64,000 nucleotides of DNA, from NCBI GenBank assembly GCA_046046005.1, contig JBJOKQ010000001.1, positions 28 through 64,027 on the forward strand, read 5' to 3'. The notes below the pieces were generated by a model. It ran no database searches, had not been told where the DNA came from, and saw nothing but the letters and a program-made list of their open reading frames with translations. Numbering within the stretch: position 1 is the stretch's first letter; every line of letters starts with the position of its first letter. The translations under genes were made by a program, and so were the position numbers. This DNA comes from Bacteroidota bacterium (GTDB lineage: Bacteria; Bacteroidota; Bacteroidia; Palsa-965). This document shows, piece after piece, positions 27,694 through 37,563 of this stretch.

Positions 27694-30600
27694 TTACTCT
27701 ACACCGCTGAAATAAAGGTTCACTTTATTCTTGTAGTATGGAACCAGGGCCGGGGGAACCGTCCGCAACAGTTCAGCTTCCTGTTGCTTTTGTCTGTTAT
27801 ACTCAGAAAATCCGTCAGGGTTACTTAATTCGTAATTTTTTGCTTCGTTCGCCTGACGTTGTTCATCCTGTTCGCGCTGTTGTTCGGCTTTCTCAAACTC
27901 CAGCATCTTATCAAGAATGTCTTGCTGACGCTTCAGTGTTTCTGCGTTGATATTCTTATTGACCAGATCCGTTTCGGTTTCTTCCATCTTCTCCGCAACA
28001 TCACCACCTGGAGTTCCACCGCCGTTCTGTTCAGAATCTTTCATTGCCTCCTGCATCATACGACGCAAGCGTTCCTGTTCTGCAGCCATCTTCGCCAACT
28101 CTTCCGATCCAACACCACCTTGTCCGTTCTGGCCTTTCTGCATGGCATTCTGCATGCGCTGGTTCAACTGTTGCTGTTGCTGACGAATTCCGCTCATGCC
28201 CGGTTTGTTCTTTCCGGACTTCCCAGGCTTACCGCTACCGGGCTTGTTACAGTTTCCTCCTTTGCAATCTTTAGGTTCGCCTTTGCTCTTCATCTGTGCG
28301 TTCATCTGTTGCATCATCTGCTCCAGTGATTCATCAAGCATCAAAGCAAGAGTATTTATAGACGTCATTGCACGTTGCTGTCCGTTCTGTGCTTGTCCTG
28401 GTTCACGATATGCAAGACCGCGAATAGCGCGATCCATATTGAAATTGATATTGGTGATTTCCTTATTCACCAACGGAGAAATCTTAGGATTGCGTTTCGT
28501 TAAAGCAAGAAGCGAGTCTTCAATCATGCGTGCATCATCACGAAGACGGTTCTGCTCGCGCGCCAAAGTAACATACTGCGGATCTGTTGTTCCGATCTTA
28601 CGCGCTTTCATCATCAATGCTTCCTGGTCGAATGAAAGCTGAATAAGATTATCCAGAAGCGTGCGGATGGTTTGCATGTCTTCGCCTTCACTTTCGCTCT
28701 CCATTTTCGATTGCGCGTCTTCCATTTTCTTCTTGAGATCCTGCATCTGATCAGAAGCATTCTTCTGCGACTTGGAACCGCCTTTCATATCGCCGTTCTT
28801 CATCTGGTCGGAAGCGTCGCGCTGCTCTTTCTGAATCTGCATTTCTTCCAGATCCGTATTCGGTAATTCATGCGGCTCTTCCAGCTTCTGATTGAGTGAA
28901 TCAAGCTTGTCCATCTGATTGCGCAGTTCATTGAATTGCTTGTTGAGGCTGTCCTGCTGTTTGCGGATATCTTCTTTCTGCTCTTTGCTCAAGCTTTTCT
29001 GCTCTGACATTTTTGACAATGAGTCTTGCTGTTTCTGCAGAGTATCAATTTGCTGAATTGCTTCTTCCAGTTTATTCTGGAATTGCATTTCGCGGAAAAG
29101 ATTCAGTGTACGATCAAGATCCTTCTCGGTATTCTTGTTGTCCTGCTTCATTTCCTCCAGCGTCTTTTGCGTTTTATCCTTCTGCGGATTCTTGAGCAAT
29201 TCTTCCAGCTTGTCCAGCATCTTCTTCATCTCATCTGTAGAGAGCTGATTGAAGAGTTCATTCATTTCCTCCTGGTTCTCCTCAGCATTCGGATCATTCG
29301 GCATGAATTCCTGCTGCTGCTGCACATTCATTGCGTTACGCTGCTTGAGCATATCTATGCGCTGTTGTAAGGCTTGCTGACGCATTTTCAAGGCTTCAAG
29401 CTTCTTCCGCTCTTCCCAGGAAAGACTCTTCTTCTCAAGCACCTTTTTGTGCAAATCATCGATATCCTTCTGAAGTTGTTTCGATTCTTCGATGGCCGCT
29501 TCCAGATCTTCTTCGATCTTGGCGTTAGCCGAATCGTTCATGTTGGCAAGATCTTTCAGTGTCGGAGCTTTGTAAATCATTCGCTGTGAGCGAGTTGACT
29601 TCGCGCCATGCACCGCGTCGTTGTCCCACACTTCGAAATAATATTCGATTTCATCGCCGGCTTGCACTCCGAACGTCGACAAATCCCAGTAATAATAAAA
29701 CTGATCGCGAACGAGTGAAGGGCGCAATGGAATATTCACGAATTCTGCTCGTGGTTCAGCAGGAGTGCCTGATGAATCTTTTGCATTGAGCAGACGGTAC
29801 ACGAATTGCATGCGCGAGAAGCCGTAGTCGTCGCGAACTTCTCCTGTGAAATACATGCGCAGATTCGACACAGAATCTTTTTTCTCCTCAACGTTGATTG
29901 CAGGATACAAATCCGGAATTACAGTAATGGAGTAGCCAATGGAATCTTTGCTCTTGAGAAATTGATTTGCAGTGTGCAATGAGTATTTCTGACTTTCGAG
30001 CAGACGTTTTGAGAAAGAGAAACGATCTTCTCCGTCCTGACGCAACTTGAAGCTCGAATCAGCAAACGCCATCACAAATGAAGACGTTGAGCGTGTAGCG
30101 AACTTCCAATTGATAACTGTTCCTGCAGGAACAACAAGATCTCCGGTATTGCGAACTGTTTCGTTTTTCTTCCCTGTGTATGCAGGATATTTAAGCTCTG
30201 CATCGAAGTTGAGAACGATAGGATTCGGAATTACCTTGAGAAGATATTCTTTGGATGTAAATCCGTCAGCGAAAAAGCGGAATGATTTTTCTTTCTGAAC
30301 ATTGCGGAAAACGTAACTGAAGTTGATGGTATTTTCCTTGTTCATTCGGTACTCGTTTCCGTCAACAAGTAGTTTCACTTCAGCCGGAATTTCGGCACCG
30401 GAAAGCTTTACGTTCAGTGTAAAATCTTCGTTCTCTACTGCTTCTAGATTGCCATTGATTTCAAATGAAAACGGCGCTTGTTCTTCGAAGTAATCAGAGT
30501 GATTCACGAGGCGATTCGTGCTTTCTGTAAGCAAGCTTGCATTGGTGAAAATGATTACAGCAATGGCGAGCAAAGGAAGAAGTGCCCATTTTACATACTT

Positions 30601-31071
30601 GCGATTCTGACTGAAATCAACCGCAGATGTAAACGGAACAGGTTTGAGTTCGCTGATCTTCTGATTGATGCTGGCTTCAATGAGTTCTTTACTAGCGCCT
30701 GTACCAGAGCCGTCTTTCTGCAGCTGCAGCACATTCAGCAATTTATCTTCAACATTGGTGAAATGCTTTCCAATGATCAGCGCGGCTTGTTCATGCGAAA
30801 TGACTTTGCCGATTTTATTGATTCGGAAGAGGGGAAGAGCAATGAATCTGCCAATCACATAGCCCGCAGCAGCGATGAAGGACCAAAAAAGAATCGTGCG
30901 GGGAAGCGTATCGAAGTGAGCATAATATTCCAGCAATGAAATAGCAAGATAACCGCTGACCACAATGGCAATTGTGTACAGAGATCCGCGCAACAGCTGG
31001 TTCTTGTAGTACTTGCGAATGAACTCGTCGAGTTTCGCAATCAGAATTCCATATGCGCTGTTATTTTCCAT
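27694..31071 (-). CDS. Large membrane-anchored protein (1125 aa) with an N-terminal TM region and a very long Q/E/K-rich coiled-coil region; possibly DUF4175-like
   Basis: N-terminal TM helices (YTIAIVVSGYLAISLLEYY and ILFWSFIAAAGYVIG). Residues ~500-1100 are low-complexity coiled coil (…LQKQQDSLSKMSEQKSLSKEQKED…). The next gene (RsbW-like kinase) starts 2 bp after this gene's stop. Confidence 0.5.
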   Translation of the reverse strand: MENNSAYGILIAKLDEFIRKYYKNQLLRGSLYTIAIVVSGYLAISLLEYYAHFDTLPRTILFWSFIAAAGYVIGRFIALPLFRINKIGKVISHEQAALIIGKHFTNVEDKLLNVLQLQKDGSGTGASKELIEASINQKISELKPVPFTSAVDFSQNRKYVKWALLPLLAIAVIIFTNASLLTESTNRLVNHSDYFEEQAPFSFEINGNLEAVENEDFTLNVKLSGAEIPAEVKLLVDGNEYRMNKENTINFSYVFRNVQKEKSFRFFADGFTSKEYLLKVIPNPIVLNFDAELKYPAYTGKKNETVRNTGDLVVPAGTVINWKFATRSTSSFVMAFADSSFKLRQDGEDRFSFSKRLLESQKYSLHTANQFLKSKDSIGYSITVIPDLYPAINVEEKKDSVSNLRMYFTGEVRDDYGFSRMQFVYRLLNAKDSSGTPAEPRAEFVNIPLRPSLVRDQFYYYWDLSTFGVQAGDEIEYYFEVWDNDAVHGAKSTRSQRMIYKAPTLKDLANMNDSANAKIEEDLEAAIEESKQLQKDIDDLHKKVLEKKSLSWEERKKLEALKMRQQALQQRIDMLKQRNAMNVQQQQEFMPNDPNAEENQEEMNELFNQLSTDEMKKMLDKLEELLKNPQKDKTQKTLEEMKQDNKNTEKDLDRTLNLFREMQFQNKLEEAIQQIDTLQKQQDSLSKMSEQKSLSKEQKEDIRKQQDSLNKQFNELRNQMDKLDSLNQKLEEPHELPNTDLEEMQIQKEQRDASDQMKNGDMKGGSKSQKNASDQMQDLKKKMEDAQSKMESESEGEDMQTIRTLLDNLIQLSFDQEALMMKARKIGTTDPQYVTLAREQNRLRDDARMIEDSLLALTKRNPKISPLVNKEITNINFNMDRAIRGLAYREPGQAQNGQQRAMTSINTLALMLDESLEQMMQQMNAQMKSKGEPKDCKGGNCNKPGSGKPGKSGKNKPGMSGIRQQQQQLNQRMQNAMQKGQNGQGGVGSEELAKMAAEQERLRRMMQEAMKDSEQNGGGTPGGDVAEKMEETETDLVNKNINAETLKRQQDILDKMLEFEKAEQQREQDEQRQANEAKNYELSNPDGFSEYNRQKQQEAELLRTVPPALVPYYKNKVNLYFSGVE

Positions 31072-31412
31072 GTACCTACCACAAACTTACTGCAATATAA
31101 CCCATTTCCCTAGGAGATGATACGTTTTTCATTGGGAATAGTTTGTTAAAAGATGCATGAAGCGCCGCGATTCCACAATATATTTTCAGTTGTTGCGCAA
31201 TCTTTTACTGCTTGCTGCGTTGCAATGCTAAACGCGCATATGTTCAGACTGCTTCATCTTGTGTTAGTCGTGTGCATTCTCGTAACAGCAGTTTCCTGCT
31301 CTTCGCAATGCAAACGCATGAGCAAAACCAACGCGAAACTCATTGCGGGAAATCACGATTTCGGTAAGGGAAAAGAGTCGAAGAAATACAAAAAGATGAA
31401 TCGCCGCTGAGC

Positions 31413-33356
31413 TTACGGCATTCTGATTCCTGCGATCAAAACATCATCTACCTGCTCTAAAGCGCCGCGCCAGCGGTGGAAATGTCCTTCCAGTTCTCCT
31501 TCCTGCATGAGCATTGGGCGTATCGATTGTTCTTCCAGTAATACACGCAGTCCTGAAGTTTTCAGCTTCTTTCCTTTCGCACCACCGAATTGATCTGCAT
31601 AACCATCCGTGAAAAGATAAAGCGTGTCGCTTGATGAAAGTCTGGTGTGATGCGAAATATAAACCTGATCATCCGCGCCAGGACCTCCGATAGGTGCTTT
31701 GGTCGGAGCCAATTCTTCCAATGCGCCGGAAGCCCGCTTGATCCAAAGCGGTCTGTTTGCGCCTGCAAAAACAACCTCCTGCGTAACAGTGTTGATGCGC
31801 ACGAGACAAATATCCATTCCGTCTCGACTTTGCGAATCACCGTCTGAAGTTTGACGTAAAGATCTCCGAACACCTTTGCTGAGTTGAGCAAGAATTTCTG
31901 AAGGCTCATCCGTTTCACGTGAAATATCATTGAGTATTTCCATTCCAAGCATGCTCATGAAAGCGCCGGGAACACCATGACCGGTGCAATCCGCAACAGC
32001 GAAAAACAGGTAATTATTTTTACTGTGCATCCACCAGAAATCGCCACTTACAATTGCTTTCGGGAGATAGAACACGAATGAATCAGGGAAGTGCGCGCGT
32101 AACGATTCTACAGGAGGCAGAATAGCACGTTGAATACGTTGTGCATAGTTGATACTGTCGGTGATTTCGTTTTTCTGCGCTTCAATTTGGGCGTTCTGCA
32201 ATGCAAGCTGCTGGTTCGATTTACGTTTGTTGGTGTATGCGTAAAACATTGCGGCAATACCGAGCAATCCCAGAAACACGAGAACGATGAGGAAGTTGCG
32301 CCACATCGCATCTTCGGAAGCTTCTGCCTTGAGCTGATCGTTTTCGCGCTGCTTTCGTTCGGTCTGATATTTAGCCGACATTTCGGAAATCTGCTGCGAC
32401 ATATCTTCCTGAAAGATGATGCTCTTGACAGAATCTTTCATTGAGAAATAGCGCAACGCGGTTTTAAAATCGCCTTCGTCTTCATAGATGGATGCAAGTT
32501 CTCCGTAGCAATTCTTGAGCACGTCTTTATTGTCAATCTCAATACAAACTTTTGCCGCTTCCAATTGAAGATCGCGTGCTTTCGGAAGATCACCTTTCAT
32601 GCGATAGGCGCTTCCCAGATTATTGAGAAATCCTGCATAACCGAATTTATCATTGGTAATACTGTAAAGCGGTCTGCATTTTTCGAAATAAACAATTGCG
32701 GAATCTGCGTTCTTGTGATAAAGAAACATCGAGCCCATGTTGTTGTAAGCAATAGCCAGTGTTGCCGGATTGCCCAGCTTTTCCCTGATAGCGGTGCATT
32801 TGCGGTAATACAAATCTGCACTGTCGATCTTTCCGGTCTCTCTGTAAATCAACCCGATATTTCCATAACAAGCCGCTACGCCTGCAGAGTCATTTGTAGC
32901 GATGCGCACAGCCATTGCGTTTCTGTAATGCTCCAGCGCCTGATCGGGACTTTTCAGATTCCAGTAAATGATGCCGATGTTATTTTCGCAATTCGCAACA
33001 CCACGTTGATCATGCAGCGATTCGTAAATACGTTGTGCATTCTGCAGCTTCTCAATCGCATCATTGAGATTGCTTCTCTGCCATGAGATGCGCGCAAGAT
33101 CTTCATACGCATCTGCTTCGCATCTTTTCAATCCGGCATTGATCGCCGTCTTCAGTTCCAGTTTTGCAAACAACTCCGCGCTATCGGTGTTTGAACCCAC
33201 ATAGTGCGTAAACAGTCTGCGATAAGTAATGGTTTGCAATGAATCATCCTTTGCCTGATCGGCTGCAGACATTAAAGAGTCGGCTTTGCTTTGTTGCGCG
33301 AACAAACCAAGCGAAAGGAAAATGAATGCGAATGAAAATATGCGGCGCAGAAACAC
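31413..33356 (-). CDS. TPR-repeat / transmembrane / PP2C-type (SpoIIE/RsbU family) serine phosphatase
   Basis: Signal/TM segment. Multiple TPR-like repeats (…AYNNMGSMF…, …NNLGSAY…). TM helix FLIVLVFLGLLGIAAMFYAY. C-terminal PP2C/SpoIIE motifs DCTGHGVPGAFMSMLG and …FTDGYADQFGG…. Confidence 0.75.
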   Translation of the reverse strand: MFLRRIFSFAFIFLSLGLFAQQSKADSLMSAADQAKDDSLQTITYRRLFTHYVGSNTDSAELFAKLELKTAINAGLKRCEADAYEDLARISWQRSNLNDAIEKLQNAQRIYESLHDQRGVANCENNIGIIYWNLKSPDQALEHYRNAMAVRIATNDSAGVAACYGNIGLIYRETGKIDSADLYYRKCTAIREKLGNPATLAIAYNNMGSMFLYHKNADSAIVYFEKCRPLYSITNDKFGYAGFLNNLGSAYRMKGDLPKARDLQLEAAKVCIEIDNKDVLKNCYGELASIYEDEGDFKTALRYFSMKDSVKSIIFQEDMSQQISEMSAKYQTERKQRENDQLKAEASEDAMWRNFLIVLVFLGLLGIAAMFYAYTNKRKSNQQLALQNAQIEAQKNEITDSINYAQRIQRAILPPVESLRAHFPDSFVFYLPKAIVSGDFWWMHSKNNYLFFAVADCTGHGVPGAFMSMLGMEILNDISRETDEPSEILAQLSKGVRRSLRQTSDGDSQSRDGMDICLVRINTVTQEVVFAGANRPLWIKRASGALEELAPTKAPIGGPGADDQVYISHHTRLSSSDTLYLFTDGYADQFGGAKGKKLKTSGLRVLLEEQSIRPMLMQEGELEGHFHRWRGALEQVDDVLIAGIRMP

Positions 33357-33368
33357 ACCGACAAGCTA

Positions 33369-34268
33369 TCAAAAATTCTTCAACCTGCCAAAGACGCCCA
33401 GAGGCAAAACACCGTCGTGTTTGGCTTTGAGAAACAACTCTCCTGTTTCAAGAGAATGTTTCTGTTCTCGGAAAAGATTCTCGAGAATCATTGCAGAGAA
33501 GCCCAGCGAGTATGCGTTAAGAATAAGGAAATGCTCATTGGGATCCAGCAGTTGCACAACAGAATGCACCATCTCGTTGATATTCTCTTCGAGTTTCCAT
33601 TTCTCTCCGTTCGGTCCGTGTCCGTACGCCGGCGGATCCAGAATAATGCCGTTGTAAAAATTTCCGCGACGCTGTTCTTTTTTTACAAACTTCAACGCAT
33701 CGTCCACCATCCAACGGATGTTGTCGAGATTGGACAGTTGCATGTTTTCGTTTGCCCAGGTTACAACCTGTTTAATGGAGTCAACGTGTGTAGTTTCTGC
33801 CCCTGCTGCGCGCGCTGCCAGTGTAGCGCCACCAGTGTAAGCAAACAGATTCAGAAACTTCGGCTTGGGCGTTTTCATTTCGCGGATGGAACTGTAAATG
33901 AAATCCCAGTTCACGGCTTGTTCAGGAAATACTCCAACGTGTTTGAAAGAGGTCAATCCCAATCTTAGCGTAATGGATTTTCCATCCGGAAGACCGTAAG
34001 AAATGGTCCATCGCTCCAAAGCATCACGCTTTAATTTCTCCCAATCGCCGGCAGAGCTGCTTTTCGGAACAAACTTTACGTGCGCCAGTTTCTCCCATTC
34101 TTTCATTGGTAAAACGGGCGACCATACGGCCTGCGGTTCCGGGCGGATAGTTATTTGTTTTCCGAATCGTTCGAGTTTTTCAAAATTTCCGGAATCCAGA
34201 AGTTCGTAATCTTTCCAATTGGCGGGCGAGAGCAGCTGCATGGGGCAAAGATAGTCAGCAGTTGTCAC
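33369..34268 (-). CDS. Class I SAM-dependent methyltransferase (RlmI/YccW-like rRNA methyltransferase family)
   Basis: Motifs NLFAYTGGATLAAR and GIILDPPAY are typical of the RlmI/YccW catalytic domain. Confidence 0.6.
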   Translation of the reverse strand: MTTADYLCPMQLLSPANWKDYELLDSGNFEKLERFGKQITIRPEPQAVWSPVLPMKEWEKLAHVKFVPKSSSAGDWEKLKRDALERWTISYGLPDGKSITLRLGLTSFKHVGVFPEQAVNWDFIYSSIREMKTPKPKFLNLFAYTGGATLAARAAGAETTHVDSIKQVVTWANENMQLSNLDNIRWMVDDALKFVKKEQRRGNFYNGIILDPPAYGHGPNGEKWKLEENINEMVHSVVQLLDPNEHFLILNAYSLGFSAMILENLFREQKHSLETGELFLKAKHDGVLPLGVFGRLKNF

Positions 34269-34314
34269 TTGACAGTAAGCAGTCTTACAACTGTATAACT
34301 ATCTTTGCAGCGTT

Positions 34315-35862
34315 ATGTCAGAAAACAGAAGAGTGCGTGTGCGATTTGCGCCAAGTCCTACAGGACCGCTTCACATGGGTGGAGTGAGAACGGCGTTGTA
34401 CAACTATTTATTTGCAAAAAAACACGGGGGGGATTTCATTCTCCGTATTGAAGATACCGATCAGGATCGTTTTGTCCCGGGAGCGGAAGAATACATCATA
34501 GAAGCATTGAAGTGGTGCGGCATTGAGCCTAATGAAGGTGTGGGTTTCGGCGATGGTCCGTGTGCGCCTTACAAACAAAGCGAGCGCAAGGATGCGGGTG
34601 TGTATGCGCAATACGCGAAGCAGTTGATTGATTCGGGAAATGCATACTATGCATTCGACACAAAAGAAGAATTGGACGAGCAGCGTGCACGTTATGAGAA
34701 AATGAGCAAAACATTTTCTTACAACGCCGTTACACGTCAGGAATTGAAAAACTCACTGGCACTTTCAGAAGATGAAGTGAAGCGTCGCATTGATGCGGGT
34801 GAAACTTACGTTGTTCGCGCGAAGATGCCGCGCAACGAAGAAGTTCGCTTTCACGATCTCATTCGCGGATGGGTTGTTGTGAATACATCACAGCTGGATG
34901 ATAAAGTTCTTTTCAAGAGTGACGGAATGCCAACATATCACCTGGCGAACATTGTGGATGATTACACCATGAAAATCACACACGTGATTCGTGGAGAAGA
35001 ATGGTTGCCTTCGGCGCCGTTGCATGTATTGCTTTATCGTTTTCTCGGATGGGAAGACGTAATGCCGCAGTTTTCTCATTTGCCTTTGCTGTTGCGTCCG
35101 GATGGAAACGGTAAGTTGAGCAAACGCGATGGGGATCGACTGGGATTCCCGGTTTTTCCATTGACAGGTGAGTTGCTTGATATTAAATCGGGCAAGCCAG
35201 AGAAGTTTACGGGCTACAGAGAGAGCGGATATTTTCCTGAAGCGTTCATTAACATGCTGGCGCTTCTGGGCTGGCACAGCAGCGGAAATCAGGAATTGTT
35301 CAGTAAAGAAGAGTTGATCAATGAATTTTCATTGGAGCGCGTGAGCAAATCCGGTGCGAAGTTCGATGCTGAAAAAACGAAATGGTTCAATCAGCAATAT
35401 CTGCGAATGAAGGCAGATAGTGAGCTGGCTTCGTTGCTGGTTAAAGAGTTTCCACAGGTTGGCTCAAAAGACAACGCATACCTCACAGAAGTTTGTCGGT
35501 TGATGAAAGAGAAAGTGAATTTCGTTCGTGAAATTTACGAGCAGGGAACATACTTCTTCGAAGATCCGACAGTGTATGATGACGGTGTTGTTAAAAAGCG
35601 CTGGAATGAAGAGTCGAAAAAATTTATTGCGGCTGTGAAAGATGCATTTGCATCAACAAGCGATTGGAGTGCTGCGGAGCTGGAGAAAACATTCAAAGCC
35701 ACTGCAGAAGCAACGGGAACAAATCCGGGAAGCGTGATGCAATTGTTCCGCGTTTGTGTAAGCGGAGCAGGAGGAGGTCCTGTGTTGTTTGAAATGGTTG
35801 CGTTGCTTGGAAAAGAAACGATCATCAGAAGGCTGGAAGCGGCATTGAATAACATTAAATAA
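34315..35862 (+). CDS. gltX: Glutamate--tRNA ligase
   Basis: HIGH-type motif PSPTGPLHMGGVRTAL and the KMSKS-equivalent LSKRDG. 515 aa. Confidence 0.9.
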   Translation: MSENRRVRVRFAPSPTGPLHMGGVRTALYNYLFAKKHGGDFILRIEDTDQDRFVPGAEEYIIEALKWCGIEPNEGVGFGDGPCAPYKQSERKDAGVYAQYAKQLIDSGNAYYAFDTKEELDEQRARYEKMSKTFSYNAVTRQELKNSLALSEDEVKRRIDAGETYVVRAKMPRNEEVRFHDLIRGWVVVNTSQLDDKVLFKSDGMPTYHLANIVDDYTMKITHVIRGEEWLPSAPLHVLLYRFLGWEDVMPQFSHLPLLLRPDGNGKLSKRDGDRLGFPVFPLTGELLDIKSGKPEKFTGYRESGYFPEAFINMLALLGWHSSGNQELFSKEELINEFSLERVSKSGAKFDAEKTKWFNQQYLRMKADSELASLLVKEFPQVGSKDNAYLTEVCRLMKEKVNFVREIYEQGTYFFEDPTVYDDGVVKKRWNEESKKFIAAVKDAFASTSDWSAAELEKTFKATAEATGTNPGSVMQLFRVCVSGAGGGPVLFEMVALLGKETIIRRLEAALNNIK

Positions 35863-35871
35863 ACAAGAATC

Positions 35872-36222
35872 ATGGGAGTACTTCATGTAAACGGAATCCG
35901 ACTCAGAGCCAATCACGGTTGTTTGCCGGAAGAAGAAAAAATCGGCGGAGATTACATTGTGGATATCACAATCACTTCCGATTTCTATCAGGCAGAACAT
36001 TCGGATGAATTGGCAGACACTGTTGACTATTGCGTTGTATTTGATGTAGTAAAACGCGAAATGGCAATCAGAAGTAAACTGATTGAACATGTTGCCAAGC
36101 GTATTCTGGATGGCCTGAAAAAGGAATATCACGGTGTGAGCCGTTTTGATGTAAAGGTTACGAAGATCAATCCGCCGATTAACGGACCCGTAGACAGCGT
36201 TTCTTTTGTGATTTCAGGATAG
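35872..36222 (+). CDS. folB: Dihydroneopterin aldolase
   Basis: 116 aa. The N-terminus (…IRLRANHGCLPEEEKIGGDYIVDI…) matches the FolB fold. Confidence 0.75.
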   Translation: MGVLHVNGIRLRANHGCLPEEEKIGGDYIVDITITSDFYQAEHSDELADTVDYCVVFDVVKREMAIRSKLIEHVAKRILDGLKKEYHGVSRFDVKVTKINPPINGPVDSVSFVISG

Positions 36223-36271
36223 GTACACAGGTTCAGGGAAATTATTACTTTTGTGTCCCTTGTAAAAACAA

Positions 36272-36342
36272 GGTCCTGTGGCCGAGTGGCTAGGCTCAGC
36301 TCTGCAAAAGCTGCTACAGCGGTTCGAATCCGCTCGGGACCT
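36272..36342 (+). tRNA. tRNA-Cys (anticodon GCA)
   Basis: Hand-folded: acceptor GGTCCTG/CGGGACC, anticodon stem CAGCT/AGCTG with loop CTGCAAA, T-arm AGCGG-TTCGAAT-CCGCT, discriminator U. 71 nt. Confidence 0.75.
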
Positions 36343-36355
36343 CGATAAAAATGAA

Positions 36356-36382
36356 GCCCGCACTGCATAGTGCGGGTTTTTC
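36356..36382 (+). terminator. Rho-independent terminator after tRNA-Cys
   Basis: GCCCGCACT-gcat-AGTGCGGG followed by TTTTTC. Confidence 0.7.
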
Positions 36383-36421
36383 ATTTGATGAGGTAGGAGG
36401 CAAAGCTTGCTTTGGCGAAGA

Positions 36422-36733
36422 CTGAAGCAAATGGAAAAACGATGCGACAGCAGCGGCTGAAGTTTTGTGACTCAGCCCGTCCCAATGCGTGATCATGCAA
36501 ATAACCCGCACAACAGCCAGCATTTGAATTCTGACTCAGCCAGTCCCGAAGCGCGATCATGTAAATAACCCGCACTTGCTGAAGCAAATGGAAAAACGAT
36601 GCGACTGCAGCGGCTGAAGTTTTGTGACTCAGCCTGTCCCAATGCGTGATCATGCAAATAACCCGCACAACAGCGGAGCATTTGAATTGTGACTCAGCTT
36701 GTACCAATGCGCGATCATGCAAATAGCCCGCTC
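36422..36733. repeat. Two tandem ~157-bp units of about 93% identity. Each unit contains two degenerate 44-bp sub-repeats (TGACTCAGCCnGTCCCAATGCGTGATCATGCAAATAACCCGCAC, four in total at 36468, 36532, 36623 and 36689). Located between tRNA-Cys and ttcA.
   Basis: The spacers between sub-repeats 1-2 and 3-4 are near-identical (AACAGC…CATTTGAATT). This is a tandem duplication, not a CRISPR array. ORF-track ORFs here (36381-36743 minus strand and others) repeat the peptide AGYLHDHALG and are repeat artefacts. Confidence 0.85.
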
Positions 36734-36759
36734 TTCTCCGCATTGATTACCTTTGCACC

Positions 36760-37563
36760 ATGCCGGTTCACACTCCATCCGAACAATTACTGAAACGCCT
36801 GCGCAAATCCGTTTGGGAAGCACAGGAAAAATTCGAGTTGATCGTGCCCGGCGATAAAGTGATGGTTTGCCTTTCCGGCGGGAAAGACAGTTACACCATG
36901 CTTGATATGATGTTGCATATGCAACGAGTAATGGATAACAGCATTGAAATTATTGCTGTTAATCTGGATCAAAAGCAACCCGGATTTCCCGAGCATACTC
37001 TTCCTGAATATCTGAAATCGAAAAACGTTCCGTACCGTATTCTGGAACGCGATACGTATTCGGTTGTGACTGAAAAAACACCTGAAGGAAAAACCATGTG
37101 CAGTTTGTGTTCACGACTGCGCAGAGGAATTCTTTACGATGCTGCCAGCGAAATGGGCTGTACGAAAATTGCTCTCGGACATCACCGTGAAGATATTCTG
37201 GAAACATTCTTTCTGAATCTTTTCTTCGCTGGTAAATTAGAAGCAATGCCTGCGAAATTCAGAACAGATGACGGCCGGCATGTTGTAATCCGCCCGCTTG
37301 CTTTCTGCAAAGAAGAAGATATCATTGCTTATTCCGAAGAGCAGAACTTCCCGATCATTCCTTGTAATCTGTGCGGCTCACAGGAAAATATGCAACGCAA
37401 AGTGGTGAAGAAAATGATGGCGGAATGGGAGGAGAAATATCCGAACCGCAAGGAAATCATGATGACGGCTCTTGCAAACGTGCACTCTTCACATCTCTTT
37501 GATACGCGCAACTTCGATTTTTCCGCTCTTACGGAAATGATTCGCATACCGGAATCACTTTAA
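36760..37563 (+). CDS. ttcA: tRNA 2-thiocytidine(32) synthetase TtcA (PP-loop ATPase)
   Basis: PP-loop motif CLSGGKDS plus the [10 protein letters not shown] and C..LCG cysteine clusters characteristic of TtcA. 267 aa. Confidence 0.85.
   Translation: MPVHTPSEQLLKRLRKSVWEAQEKFELIVPGDKVMVCLSGGKDSYTMLDMMLHMQRVMDNSIEIIAVNLDQKQPGFPEHTLPEYLKSKNVPYRILERDTYSVVTEKTPEGKTMCSLCSRLRRGILYDAASEMGCTKIALGHHREDILETFFLNLFFAGKLEAMPAKFRTDDGRHVVIRPLAFCKEEDIIAYSEEQNFPIIPCNLCGSQENMQRKVVKKMMAEWEEKYPNRKEIMMTALANVHSSHLFDTRNFDFSALTEMIRIPESL

Noticed and set aside
27738-30939. Plus-strand ORFs of up to 156 aa inside the 1125-aa coiled-coil gene region
   Set aside because: Antisense to a low-complexity Q/E/K-rich gene. 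The translations are Leu/Phe/Cys-rich nonsense typical of the reverse strand of GAA/CAG-rich DNA.
31153-31410. 85-aa ORF with a possible internal lipoprotein-like start (MFRLLHLVLVVCILVTAVSCSS…)
   Set aside because: Only about 55 aa from the plausible start, no supporting motifs, and it lies in the promoter region of the upstream operon. Kept out of the feature list as unsupported.
36422-36733. Possible CRISPR array (regularly spaced ~44-bp repeats next to a tRNA)
   Set aside because: The repeats are degenerate (several mismatches between copies). The spacers are themselves duplicated (spacers 1 and 3 near-identical). There are only four copies, with a 66/91/66-bp period. This is a tandem duplication, not a repeat-spacer array. 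No cas genes are nearby.
36314-36743. Minus-strand ORFs (69, 120 and 62 aa) encoding the repeated peptide AGYLHDHALG(Q/R)AESQNFSRC
   Set aside because: They lie entirely within the tandem DNA repeat and run antisense through the tRNA-Cys terminator. The peptide periodicity simply mirrors the DNA repeat. No start context.
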